A DNA stretch of 46,249 nucleotides from Patellaria atrata CBS 101060 (taxonomy: Eukaryota): assembly GCA_010093705.1 (NCBI GenBank), contig MU006094.1, positions 1 through 46,249 on the forward strand, in the 5' to 3' direction. This document shows positions 11,230 through 22,338 of the stretch, piece after piece (the first letter of the stretch is position 1; every line of letters begins with the position of its first letter). A program made the position numbers and the translations under genes. Below the pieces are notes generated by a model. That model ran no database searches. It saw only the letters and a list, made by a program, of their open reading frames with translations, and was not told the DNA's origin.

Positions 11230-13142
11230 TTTTTCGGGAGCCCGGATGGGGAGGCGCATGGCGAGGCCAGGGGATTAGATAGTGGTTTTTGTTGTCATGA
11301 TATAAAAGTACTTCCCGCCGTGTGTGCTCCTCCTGCACGATATTTGGTAGTTTTGGAAGTAGGTATTTTCATATCGACTCTCGGTATAGCCAACGAAATG
11401 CGATGATAGTCAGTTCAGCAGCTGCAAATTCACCACCTTGCTGTATACGAAGGGGATCTTCTATACCCATACCCCTAGGAATATCATTATACAAGCAATT
11501 TCATACCCGAAAAACCTTCGGCGTTTACATCCCGAGCCTGAGATCCCGGCCGAGTGTGGTTGACCCCAAGCTTCGGCCAAGATAATCCAAATTGCCCTCG
11601 TGGAGCTTGATCTGTGTCGGGAATATAGATCAAGCTACCCCATATTAAACTCAAGCTCTGTTCATCTATTCACGAGGTACGTTTGTATAGCAGGTGACAG
11701 TTGTGCTCCCGTTATAGATCTGGGGATGACCGTCATGTATGCCGAGCGCGGCGAGAAATCACACTAGTACGAGAATGTGCTGGAGTGGTGTTTGGATTGA
11801 ACACGGGGAAGATATTATTGGGTTTCAGTAGAGACGAAGAGTGAGGTAAACGAGGGTTGGGGAGAGCGTTGTTGTTCATGGTTTATGGTCTACAGTTTAT
11901 AGTCTATACCGTGATACCATGAACAAATCCCCTCTCTCCCCCCAAGCTTTCCCAAAGGTAGGGGATAACGAGGATGTAGCGCTGCCTACGTACCAGTGGA
12001 GAGGTGGAAGTTAGGACAAGGCAGGCCCGAGTGAGCGTTCTCTGATATTAAAGTCGACTTGAGACTAGGAGCATATCAAGGCCCCGTCAAGAATCGGAGA
12101 CGCGTCTGGGTAGTCTAGAATCGAGAACTTGACGGAGTTATGGACTGACCGACTGCCGGAGCCGTGCCGGTTGCAAGCTACGAGTAGAAGGGAGGGGAGG
12201 AGCGGGATCGAGGGACGGGATCGAGGAGTCGTGAGGGCGGTGTGTCACAGAGCAGGAAATGGTATACGGACGTGAGGACACGGTAGTGAAAAAGTCAGAA
12301 GGGGGGAAGGAAGATCAGGATCCGAAACTAGAGATGACAATTCGTAGGGTGAAAGACCAGTTGTCTTCATATCAGATAGATAAGAATGACTCTAGAGCAC
12401 AGGAAATAGATAGCACGAGAAGGACATAACGGACATGACATCAGTTAAACAGTTTTTATTTTTTCATATTCTGCCTGATGCCTAAAGATCTGAGGCAGCA
12501 CAGCCGCCTCCATACTCTCTCTAAACATGCACGATGTTAATGAGACTTCCAGAAAGTCCTGCAGCAGACAAGATGGGCTCAATTCCCCCTATTTCCTTCC
12601 TCACATCAACCACTCTCACATCAGAGAGAGGAAAAAAAGTATACAGTCACGATATTTACTCGTTCCCAGAGATGTGCTTGAGCTAGCTCACGAGATATTT
12701 GTCCTTGCTCTTTCTTGATATAAGACTCAGAAAGCAGAAGTTTGATATTGAAAAGAAATTCACAAAAAAGAAAAAAGAGAAAGGGGGACCATACACTACA
12801 TTAAGGGGCATCTGACTCGCACACAAAACAAAAGATCTCTTCGAAAGCCAGACTTCGATATGTGCAAGTGTATGTGAAAAGGCTCAGACCGCTTTGAAAG
12901 GGGATTTGGACGCTATATTCTCCCTCCCATCTGGTAGGCTAGCGGAAAGAGAAAGAAACTAGACTGTCAGGAGAATCAGGCATCCAAATGCCAGAGCATA
13001 TGATATCTTCGCAAACTCGCATACAGCCGAAAACACCGTAGAACCATCGCTCATGAAGAACACCAAATGCGCCGATGCACTGAGGAAGCCGTCCCTAGTT
13101 GTCTAGTCCGAATAAAAGCTCGAGGTCGTGTCAATCCAATTT

Positions 13143-15149
13143 TCAAAGAGCTTGGCCGGGTACTGGCTTACGGGTGGGGAGTGCACTTGTAGGAGACATA
13201 CTCGGACCCACATTTGGGTTCATCGGACTAGATCCTGGAGGCGAGTTTCGACGAGCCTGCATTTGGCTAGCTGAATTCGATCTTCGCCTGCTACCTGGAG
13301 GCGGAACTGGGCGTTGATGTTCATAGCCGTAAGGTCCAGGAGATTGTGATCGAGGTGGTCCAGCATACGGTGCATTGCTATTAGCACGGCCACGGTTAGG
13401 TCCTGGTGACATTGTACGAGGACCAGGGGACATGGAACGCGGGCCTGGTGACATTGCACGAGGACCTGGTGACATAGCACGCGGAGGACCGTTGAAAGGA
13501 GGACCCTGAGGACGATGACCAGCTGGAGACATGGCCCGTTGATGAGGTCCTTGAGGTCCAGGATAGGGTCTTGGGACTGGAGAGTTGCGACCACTAGCAG
13601 CAGACAGGGGACGTGGTGGATTGACTCCCATTGGGCCTCCCATTGGAGGTCCCATGCGAGGAGGTGGGCCTTGAGGAGAGCGAGCTTGAGGAGGAGTGCC
13701 ATTTAGTCGTGGTCTGACGGGATGCTTGGAAAGACAAGAGCGAGGAACGACACCTTGTTGAGTACGATCCATACGAATGCAGAGAGCCTAAACTATTAGC
13801 AATTGAACTCTCGAAAAGGAACCGTTGTGAGGACTTACCCATCCATCATCGTACTCGTGAACCATGCGAACTAGTTGACCTTGGTGGAGATCCAATTCAT
13901 CTTCCATGGAGGGGACAAACGGTTGATGGACCCTATGTACATTGTTCATACCAGGACTACCAGGAGGTGCACCTGTGGGAGCAGGACCAGGAGATGCGGG
14001 GAGCTCACTGCTTTCAGTCCAAGCAGGACTAGGTGCGGCAGATGGTATAGTTGCTTGCGAATTGATGCTGACTGGTTTGGGAACCTCTTTGCGGTGAATA
14101 GCGGGACCCACAGCAGCGGCTGTAGCAATTGCCGCAGCTCCAGTAAGAGTACTCGTAGTAGAGGGAGCTAGACTAATTTGAGTACCATTACGAGCAGACA
14201 TGGACTCGAGAGTTTCCGCATGGTTGCCGAAGGGGTTAGCTGGGTTATTGGCTGTATCGCTCTGAGCTCCCTTACGTTCCCAAGCAGTTGGACTTGGCTG
14301 TGGTGACGGGGAAAGAAATCCATTAGAATCGCCAATGGGAGTAAGACCATGTGGAGGACCCGCTTCAGGTTTGTTTCCGGTGCTACGGCGATCTCCAGCA
14401 AGCATGGGTAAGAATTGAGTGACTGGTCGTAAGCTGAGGCGGGGTGCGGTCGCAGAAGTCCTAGTGCTTTCACCTCCATTCAACGGGGCGACAACTGAGG
14501 GTGGAACTACTTTCTCATTGTCTAACTTTTCTTGAGCTTCACGGTTCTTCTGTTTCTTGCGGCGGATGAAGAACAGAGCGAAAGCAAAAACGACGCCGAA
14601 AATAAGAAGCACACCCAAAGCCACACCAGCTTTAGCACCAGCAGACATCCCACCAGAGGAGGAAGATGCTTCCGATGTGTCCGACGTAGCAGCCGCAGAT
14701 GGAGAAGATACCGAAGTTGTGGAACGAGAAAAGGTGGTATCGATGGCAAGCTCTTCAACCGTAGTAGGAGTTGGACTGGATGCAGCATTGAAGGTTTCGT
14801 CAGCAGTGGGACGTCCAGTGGATCTTGTGCTTCGAGAAGGAGTACGAGTAGGCAAGGTAGTCTCTTCGTCTCGCGATGCTGTGACTGGCGCTCCTAGAGT
14901 CATTTTACTCCTGGTCGTAGTTCTCTCTTGGCCATCATCGTCATCCCTGTTATTCGGACGGCGAGTGCTGCGAGACCTTGGTGGTTCGGTTTGGGTGACC
15001 CAATTAACAGGTCCATCGAAGGTTTGCGGTAGGGTAAAGAAAACGACTGATACGATTGTCTCGGCTGGAGCAGGTTCGCGCGCGACAATGCCGTTCAAGT
15101 TGCTGTCGTCACGTTGGCGAGCATGATGTTGGTGTCGACGATGAGCCAT
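13143..15149 (-). CDS. Fus1-like single-pass membrane protein with an SH3 domain and a Pro-rich tail
   Basis: Exon 1 15149-13839, intron 13838-13788 (GTAAGT..CTAAT..TAG), exon 2 13787-13143. Ser/Thr-rich ectodomain, TM AGVALGVLLIFGVVFAFALFFI followed by RRKK, and an SH3 domain spanning the junction: HRVHQPFVPSMEDELDLHQGQLVRMVHEYDDGW|ALCIRMDRTQQGVVPRSCL. Confidence 0.88.
13398..13487 (-). repeat. Coding 21-bp minisatellite encoding four R-[A/S/T]-M-S-P-G-P heptads
   Basis: Translation PRAMSPGPRAMSPGPRSMSPGPRTMSPGP. The nucleotide units differ mainly at synonymous positions. Confidence 0.9.
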
Positions 15150-16269
15150 TGCGAAGGTTATCGGATGATATGATTGAGCAATTCCTATCTCACTATCCTA
15201 TGAATTAAAGAATATGATTCTGTTGTAGGTGGCTGAGTCGGTGGTCGAGATTCAGATTCCAATTGTGCGGTGGAGAATGTGCAAACGGGTAGGGTGCGTA
15301 GGCGAGGAATGCGATCGTGACTCCCTCGCGATAAACAATTGAGTCAGATGTGGTAGGATTAAGATAATGAGCGAATGCGACTGCCGGGTTGTAAAAGAAT
15401 GATAACGACGGCTTGGTCGCGCAAGAAAGTAAAGATCGTGGGGTTGACCGCGAGGGTTGATGGTCGGTAGAGGAGAAAAGAAGAAGAGGAGGTCGACGAG
15501 GAGGTGAGAAACGAAGTTTGGGCCTCAGCAAACAGGCCACACCAAGTTTCCAACTGCTCAGCCTAGCAGGTCGTGCCTTCTGTGGCTGCGTGTGCCTTCT
15601 TTCCCTGACAAGTAATTTCGGAAATGGAGGGAACGATCGCTCTAGCGTGAAAACCACTCAGGTACCCGTGCTTGTTCATTGGCCAACTCTTGACGCGGCT
15701 TGGCGTGAAGATTTATTCTCATATCGAGCTTTGTTTTAATTGGTTGTTTGAGTACTCGAGCCGCTTCTATTTAGGAACAGATGACGATCCCTCACCCTTC
15801 ATTTATCCTTTAATCCTTTTGTGACTGAGTCGTGACTTCCTTAAGTTCCTCCTCCCTCTTATCGTTGCCGGGAGATCATCACTTATCGTTAGCTTTATCA
15901 TCGTCATTGACCGAAATGCTGAGCGTCGTCGAGGTATAGATACGACAGCTATACGGAATATATAACAGGTAGTCATCCTCACTTGACAGTTGTTAGTGGT
16001 TGTATGATTCTACCATACCTTCACCAAATGTCCCCTTTTGGTTACAATGACAATCTGTACGGAAATTTTGCATAATCGTTTATATTACAATTGCATAGAG
16101 CTTATCATTAAGCTCTTTTTATCTACCGACCCAGAATGCTGCAGAGGAGAATTGGTATAGTACTCCATCACGTCGACAAAGTCAAGCCGACGTATATTCC
16201 ATGATGATGCTCCAATTCGCCATCCCACCGACGCCTTGCAAAAGAACAGGGGGTATCAGGTTCAACCCC

Positions 16270-18342
16270 TCATGACACCCCTCTGACCCCACTCAAATTC
16301 ACAACCATACCCCCTCCCATTCCTGTCCCTCCAGCTCCATCCTTCTTCCACCCAGGCACTTCTTCACCGGCGAACTTCGCCACAATTACTTCCCATACCT
16401 TCGGCCAACCGGCCGCAACCGCTGCCTTACGTTTGGCTCCCTGGATCGCCAATCGACCCTGGCGGTGGCTGATGAAGCCATTGATCAAATTTTGGTCGAT
16501 CATACTTGCGATCAGGGCCTCGGATTCGGCGAATGTGGGGAGTAGGAGGGGATTTGGCTCCCCGTCCTCGTCCAGGTAGTTGAGTTCGGCCGGGTCCATG
16601 CCTTCGAAATCCGGATCGACGTACACCGCCGCTTGTGGCGGTCTATCTTCCATGAAGATCCAGTTTGTATGCCTCCTTCCAGGCCCAGTGTCCTGCCGTG
16701 CAAGCGGGTCTACCGCTCTACGCTCCAGATAGCGCAGTGCAGTATGCACCGCGCTGATATCCAGCGTTGGGGCTTTTCTCGCCTCTGGGTCACCTGGGTC
16801 ACCGGCAACAAGGAAGACCAGTCGAGTGAGAGACCGCTGGACAAGCACAAAACCACGGTACCGGATTTCGAGGAGTACCTTGTGGGAGTACAACCATCCT
16901 GCTGACGGTCCGGTCTCGAGGGAGGTCAGCTGCTGAAAGGCGGGGATATCACCCCGGGCGATTGCGCGGCACAAGGGGCCGAAGTGCTGTCGCAGGCCTC
17001 GTGCTTCAGGTAAGCTGTATAGTGCGGCCGAAGGAAAGCGTCCCAGGAGGAGGTTCGAGGTGAGGAGATATATGAGGATGAGGCGGCGTTGGGATATAAA
17101 GTTTGCTGGGGTCAGGTCAAGCGCATGTTGGAGCGCGAGCTGCGCACGCCAGAAGTGTGAGTTTGCAAATTGGAAGCGGCCAAGGTAGTACAGATAAGTG
17201 ACCTGCTGAGCTTTGGGATAGATACTCAAAGGTGGGGATTGGTTGTAGATGTTCGTAAAGATCTGCTCACAGTTACGGATTTTTCGACACTGGAAAAAGA
17301 TCTTGAGACATAGGTTCGCAAGCTTGTAGATTCCAGACTTCTTGTTGCGCGAATCAGGAGTGTTGTCTGGGGCGATGCCAGAACTGTTACGGTCATTGAG
17401 ACAAGTCGTGAAGGCCGACCGAATGATGTTACCGGCGCGCTCGGGAAGGGTTTCGCCTTCGCCGCCTTCGTCGGAAGTGGTGGCAACTGCGTTGGCAATA
17501 AGTTCTGGTTGTTTATCGAGTCCGATGGCTAGCTTTGCGAAGACCTTCGAATACTCAATAACGGTCGGTAGCAAAATGATGCCCAGTGTGGAATGACCAA
17601 GCGCACTGCTGATTTTCTGCATGACCTCGCTGAACAAATTGTACGTGTCGAGTAAGTTGTCCACATTGACGTCCCTGATGAAGGTGAAATATTGGGCAAT
17701 GAAGTAAATGAAAGCTGTCCAAGATACTCCATCAATACCATCTCGGGCTTCTGGTAAATTATCTCGGCAGAAGTCGTCGAGCGCACCTTCTTGCTCTTTG
17801 GGATAGTTCTGGCGCACCTCATTGATCATTTTTTGATAGAGGTCATTGTACGGCGGCTCGATGATCATATAATTCCTCATCTGCTCGCCATCACCTGCGC
17901 GAATAATATTCCCCAGTTCACGGAGGAATTGCTCTAGAGTCGGTGTCGAAGCCATGCTTGGAAACGGATTAGGGAAGCGTCCGTCTTGAGAAGATGGAGG
18001 AAACGAGAATTGTGCTAGTTGATTGATGAAACTTCCCCAGCCAGGGTGATCTTGAGGAATTTTCTTCGCCTCAGCTAAATTCAGAAAGACTAGGGAGAGA
18101 AACTGTTTGTAGTGATCTGGACTTAGAAGTATGTTAGAATCAGAGCTCGCAGCTGACCTAACTTGGGAGAAAACGTGATTCCAGATATTGATCGCCTGAT
18201 TATCCGAGACGATTGGCCCTCCGGCCTTGTTCAGCAGATCCAGGCATCGATATGGGAATGCTGCTCGATTTCTGTCTTGTGGGCACCACGGGTTTCGTTC
18301 ATGTTGTCGGTTGACGTTAGAACTGGACTCCCCTTGCTCCAT
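16270..18342 (-). CDS. PCI-domain protein of the Thp1/Csn12/PCID2 family
   Basis: Single long ORF with motifs IYKLANLCLKIFF, QVTYLYYLGRF, RLILIYL..NLLLGRFPS and LIASMIDQNLINGFISH. The first ATG is at 18342. The conserved-looking domain begins at ATG 17955 (MASTPTLEQFL), so the true start is uncertain. Confidence 0.85.
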   Translation of the reverse strand: MEQGESSSNVNRQHERNPWCPQDRNRAAFPYRCLDLLNKAGGPIVSDNQAINIWNHVFSQVRSAASSDSNILLSPDHYKQFLSLVFLNLAEAKKIPQDHPGWGSFINQLAQFSFPPSSQDGRFPNPFPSMASTPTLEQFLRELGNIIRAGDGEQMRNYMIIEPPYNDLYQKMINEVRQNYPKEQEGALDDFCRDNLPEARDGIDGVSWTAFIYFIAQYFTFIRDVNVDNLLDTYNLFSEVMQKISSALGHSTLGIILLPTVIEYSKVFAKLAIGLDKQPELIANAVATTSDEGGEGETLPERAGNIIRSAFTTCLNDRNSSGIAPDNTPDSRNKKSGIYKLANLCLKIFFQCRKIRNCEQIFTNIYNQSPPLSIYPKAQQVTYLYYLGRFQFANSHFWRAQLALQHALDLTPANFISQRRLILIYLLTSNLLLGRFPSAALYSLPEARGLRQHFGPLCRAIARGDIPAFQQLTSLETGPSAGWLYSHKVLLEIRYRGFVLVQRSLTRLVFLVAGDPGDPEARKAPTLDISAVHTALRYLERRAVDPLARQDTGPGRRHTNWIFMEDRPPQAAVYVDPDFEGMDPAELNYLDEDGEPNPLLLPTFAESEALIASMIDQNLINGFISHRQGRLAIQGAKRKAAVAAGWPKVWEVIVAKFAGEEVPGWKKDGAGGTGMGGGMVVNLSGVRGVS

Positions 18343-19039
18343 CGCTAGCACGCTAGTCAGGGGTATCGTACGGATGTGGATATGCTCGCGTCCAATCAAA
18401 AATGACAACGGCTTACTTCAGCTTCAACGACAAGTTGACGACAGATAAAAAAAAGAAAAAGAGTGGTATAAGGTGTTGAAGTCTACAGAGATGTTGTTGT
18501 TTTGTTTTGGCGTGACTCTCAGAATAAACTTTAATTAAAATTTTGTGAATAATGATTCCACGCGTCAGTCAGGTGGCTGCACGCGTATTTTGCTCTCTAC
18601 CACAGATGTCTTCCCAAATAAGAATTATTTGTTGATGCCCTAACTCTCCAGGTTCATGATCTAAGTTACAACGATAATACTTTGTGAATGAGATCCTATT
18701 GACTACCTAAAGATCTAATAGACCCCGGGGTATCATCCCTTATTAACCCCAACTATTTCCGCAATGTAACAGCCAGAATGCACCCCTGTGCCCTATTTCG
18801 CAATAGCATGATAAAATTCTGAGCTGGATATGCTCTTAAGGTATCTGAATAACCTTTGTGGGTATGATAAGTCGTCCTTTGATAATGAGATATGATGATG
18901 CATCGCAATATGTTCTATTACATGAAATCAACCGCCGCCATCCATCAGAATGCTACCTTAGCATCCACCATTGTTCCTCTCACGTCCCGTGATTATCATT
19001 ACCTATTAGTGAACCTCTACATCGGCTCAAACTTCTCGC

Positions 19040-20335
19040 TCAACGTGGTTCTAGATCTGCGTGGATATCATCCAAAGTCTCGAACACACGATCCTTCATC
19101 TCTTTCGGGTCCAGATTGGGGTTAGAGAGCACCTGAGTCACTTCCTCTTTGACACACACAAGGACAGCCTGCGCGGTAGGGGAAAGTACATCAGCGCTGT
19201 TCTTTGGGCCTTCGCGGCGACGTCGTTCCAACTGAGCCCATCTATCTTTCGCGACATTGAGATCAGTGATCGGGATAAAGGAGTCCCCCATACCAGAGGC
19301 ATCGAAAAACTTCTTCATGCGCCTGTTCATGTGCTCTTTAGCGGAGAGGGTTGGATCCACTTGACGGTTATCCTCCGCTAGGTTCGCCATTCGCAGAAGA
19401 ACACGTGCGAAGTCCTCCTCCACGTCCACGGCCCAGTCAGAATGCTCACGGGAAAGTCCAGGGCGGTGTAGACGCTTGTTGACGGCATTGCTTGGACCAT
19501 TGCTTGGACCATTGGCTGTACCATTGGCTGTACCGTCGGTTGCACCTTTCGCTATACCATTAGCTTTACCATTGGCTGTAACGCGCACAAGAGTGGCTTT
19601 TGTTGGTGTTCCTTCGAAACCGCCAGGAACCAATGTTGCTTGTGAGGCTAGAGAATCCGAAGTTGACACCCTACGGAAGTGTTCAGGATGAACCCCATAA
19701 GTAGGCTCGAGAGTAGATAAAGGAACGGAGGGAGAATCAGAGAAGAACACATCGGTCTCACGTGGACTTCCGAGACCCACCGTGATGTATTCAGCATCAC
19801 CGTTGTCGCTAACATCTTGGGAAGCGGCACTGAGGGCTTTGCCAATAGTGGAGGCTACGGATCTAGGTCGATCTAACATTTCCAGACGCTCATCAATGCT
19901 TTCTAACGGTTCCTGGCTGTTTCCGTTTGGACTCAAGAGCGACCCATTAAGATAAGTAGTAGGGACACTCGACGCCGGGGTGTTATGAGGGACAAAGGTG
20001 GGCTCCCCGAAAGACAATTCCTCCTGCTGGATCAGCAGATCCTCCACGTCATCGATAGAGATGCCAGCAAATTCGCCTATAACAGAAGAGGCGTCTGGGG
20101 TGTTGGCAGGTACACTAGGGGGTGTGACGCTGCTGGAAATACTGGTCGCTAAGCTGCTACTGCGCAAGCGAGTGCTGATGCTTTGCGGAGTGCCGTCTGT
20201 AGTTATTGTTAGACCGAGGAATTCAAGCGATTTACGACAACGAAAAACGCGGTCACAAAGTGATATTGAGATCGCGGGCTTACCTGATGGAGTGGGAGTG
20301 GCAGAATTAGATGGAGATGGAGATAGAGAATTCAT
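19040..20335 (-). CDS. Hypothetical Ser/Thr-rich, largely disordered protein with a helical-looking C-terminus
   Basis: Long ORF with a probable ATG at 20335 and an in-frame 87-nt intron at 20283-20197 (GTAAGC..CTAAC..CAG). Contains NGTA/NGPS repeats. No family recognised. Confidence 0.7.
   Translation of the reverse strand: MNSLSPSPSNSATPTPSGKPAISISLCDRVFRCRKSLEFLGLTITTDGTPQSISTRLRSSSLATSISSSVTPPSVPANTPDASSVIGEFAGISIDDVEDLLIQQEELSFGEPTFVPHNTPASSVPTTYLNGSLLSPNGNSQEPLESIDERLEMLDRPRSVASTIGKALSAASQDVSDNGDAEYITVGLGSPRETDVFFSDSPSVPLSTLEPTYGVHPEHFRRVSTSDSLASQATLVPGGFEGTPTKATLVRVTANGKANGIAKGATDGTANGTANGPSNGPSNAVNKRLHRPGLSREHSDWAVDVEEDFARVLLRMANLAEDNRQVDPTLSAKEHMNRRMKKFFDASGMGDSFIPITDLNVAKDRWAQLERRRREGPKNSADVLSPTAQAVLVCVKEEVTQVLSNPNLDPKEMKDRVFETLDDIHADLEPR
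19486..19580 (-). repeat. Coding 12-bp tandem repeats (ANGK/ANGI/ANGT/SNGP)
   Basis: + strand cattgcttggac x2 and cattggctgtac x2, plus degenerate copies. Confidence 0.8.
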
Positions 20336-20958
20336 CGAGGTAATGGAATTCAAAGATGATGAGATGCGCAAGATCTTGGTGGGCCACTGCTGTAGGACCT
20401 GAAAGTCGAACCTAAGTTGTTGTTTTTGGTGTTAGAATTTAAGCGGAGGAAATTTACACTCCCCAGTCAGTAGTAAAGTGTGAGACACGTGAAGGTAGTC
20501 AATGTTAATGACCAAGGTAAGTTTGAGCCTGAGTCTCGAGGCTGTTTCTTTCTGAGTCTCCCTGTCTTGTGGTGTTTGGAGAAGAGTGAGTGGTTCAAAG
20601 AAGTAAAGAACAAGACCGACGGAAAAGACTTCAAATGCGCCAACTCGGCAATTGAAGACGTAAGGTAACAGCTGAGGAAACAGTCACTGAGATATTTCCC
20701 TACGGGGAAGCGGGGTCTGTGGGGGTGGAGGTGACTTGTTATGGGGTTGACAAAAAGGGAAAGAACGTGGCCTTTCATAACCACCTTACCCCAAGGCGTA
20801 GTACACCGCTTGACCTTATCACCTGCTCGATCAGGAGGGGAAATGACAAACGTAAGGTTGTGACAGTTTGCTTTTAAAATAGAGATCACTGACATACCCT
20901 ACTTACTTTTAATGAGCATAAATATCTTCTACAGCCGGTAAATGTCCAGTTCATACTT

Positions 20959-21996
20959 TCACGAGATGGTATGTATAGAGCGAGTCCTATGTCCTATCAG
21001 ATCTTGCTCTCCGGAAACATGTACAAGTTCCTCTGATCTTGAATAAAACGTTCTCCGTGCCCTTCTCGCTGCTAATTCCCCAGAAGGCGTTCGGAAGACA
21101 GATGTTGACGATGGTAGGCTATGAATCGTGATATTTTCATGGACATCATTATCATTAGTGCCGATTCTCTGGTCCCCTAAACCTCTAATGTCGTTCACAG
21201 AGCGCTTTTGTTCAATTCTTCTTCTAACCCAAGGTGAAAGGTTATAATAACCTCCAGCAGCAAACACACCCAGCCAAAGGACAAGCTCCGACCCATAAAT
21301 GACCATCCCTAGTACATCAAGCTTAGGTTGGAAGAAGACCGATACCAGGGAGGTTAAATCGCCCGCAGCATCGATAGCCACGAAGATGAAGGAGATGCCG
21401 CGCACGGTTCGATGTATATAGATATCCCAGTAATGGCGAAGAACTCCAGCCGCCAAAAGAGCAGCAGATAAAACGGCCATAACAATCTTGGGCCATTCGA
21501 TATGTGTTGAGGAAGCAATACGCAGGGCAATTATCAAAGATGCTTGAATGCCACCCATAATGCACATAACAGGAATTACTACAGTAAGAGAACGTGCGAT
21601 AGACCATTTCTAAGAATCAAGGTTAGTAAGGCGTGAAGCATGGAGTACTACTAGGGCATTGTACAAATCACCTTCTCATAATAATAACATTGTATCCATG
21701 TGACAAGACTAAGAAGAGTTAAAATCTGTGGTTGGACTCGGAGGGCGATATTGAAATCTTCAACAATGTTATACACCCCAAGAGGTACCCCTGCACAAGC
21801 CCACAACATCATCATTGATGGTTGTAGTCCTACAGTATTGTGCCTTCGATAATTAATGATAATCTGAGGTAGGAGTTGTACCGACCAGCAGATCTAGGGG
21901 TACAAAGGATATAAGCATGATGACTCGTAGACGCATTGGTTGGAGTCATACCGCTCCAAGTATTCCCAGAGTATTTGCAGCTACAGGAACGTCCAT
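20959..21996 (-). CDS. PQ-loop repeat membrane protein (yeast YDR090C/Ilt1-like)
   Basis: Exons 21996-21952, 21893-21672 and 21609-20959. Spliced N-terminus MDVPVAANTLGILGA|ICWSVQLLPQIIINYRRHNTVGL carries the PQ motif. Multiple TM helices and a second repeat YWDIYIHRTVRGISFIFVAIDAAG. Confidence 0.9.
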
Positions 21997-22338
21997 GGTG
22001 CTGATTAAGAGAAGCGATTTCTTCGTGTTAATATAGTGAAAACGGAAATAACTCAGGATGAAGAGAGGTTAATATCTAAGGGACGGGACGACGCACGTGA
22101 TCTCGCTTCGTTATACCTTGGACCCGCGGATAAAATTGCAGTTTCAAGAACGCACAGAAGAAAGCCACGGTCTTACAGATCCTCGTCAAGAAAATGATCA
22201 ACCTCATGGGTTCTTAAGGGCGTTAAATACAACCCTCGGTCATCCTAGACCTAGGTTCACCTTTAACCACACCTCTCTGACTTTACTTTAAATTCATATT
22301 ACCTTATTCGACCTCTAACAGTTCAACATCGGCCCACA

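Noticed and set aside
15205..15657. 150-aa - strand ORF upstream of the SH3 gene
   Set aside because: Non-ATG start. It covers a pyrimidine-rich leader/promoter and has no protein-like features.
20467..20895. 142-aa - strand ORF (and a second overlapping stop-free frame) between the PQ-loop gene and the orphan gene
   Set aside because: It overlaps the presumed 3' UTR and promoter. I found no motif and no convincing in-frame splice path into the downstream ORF.
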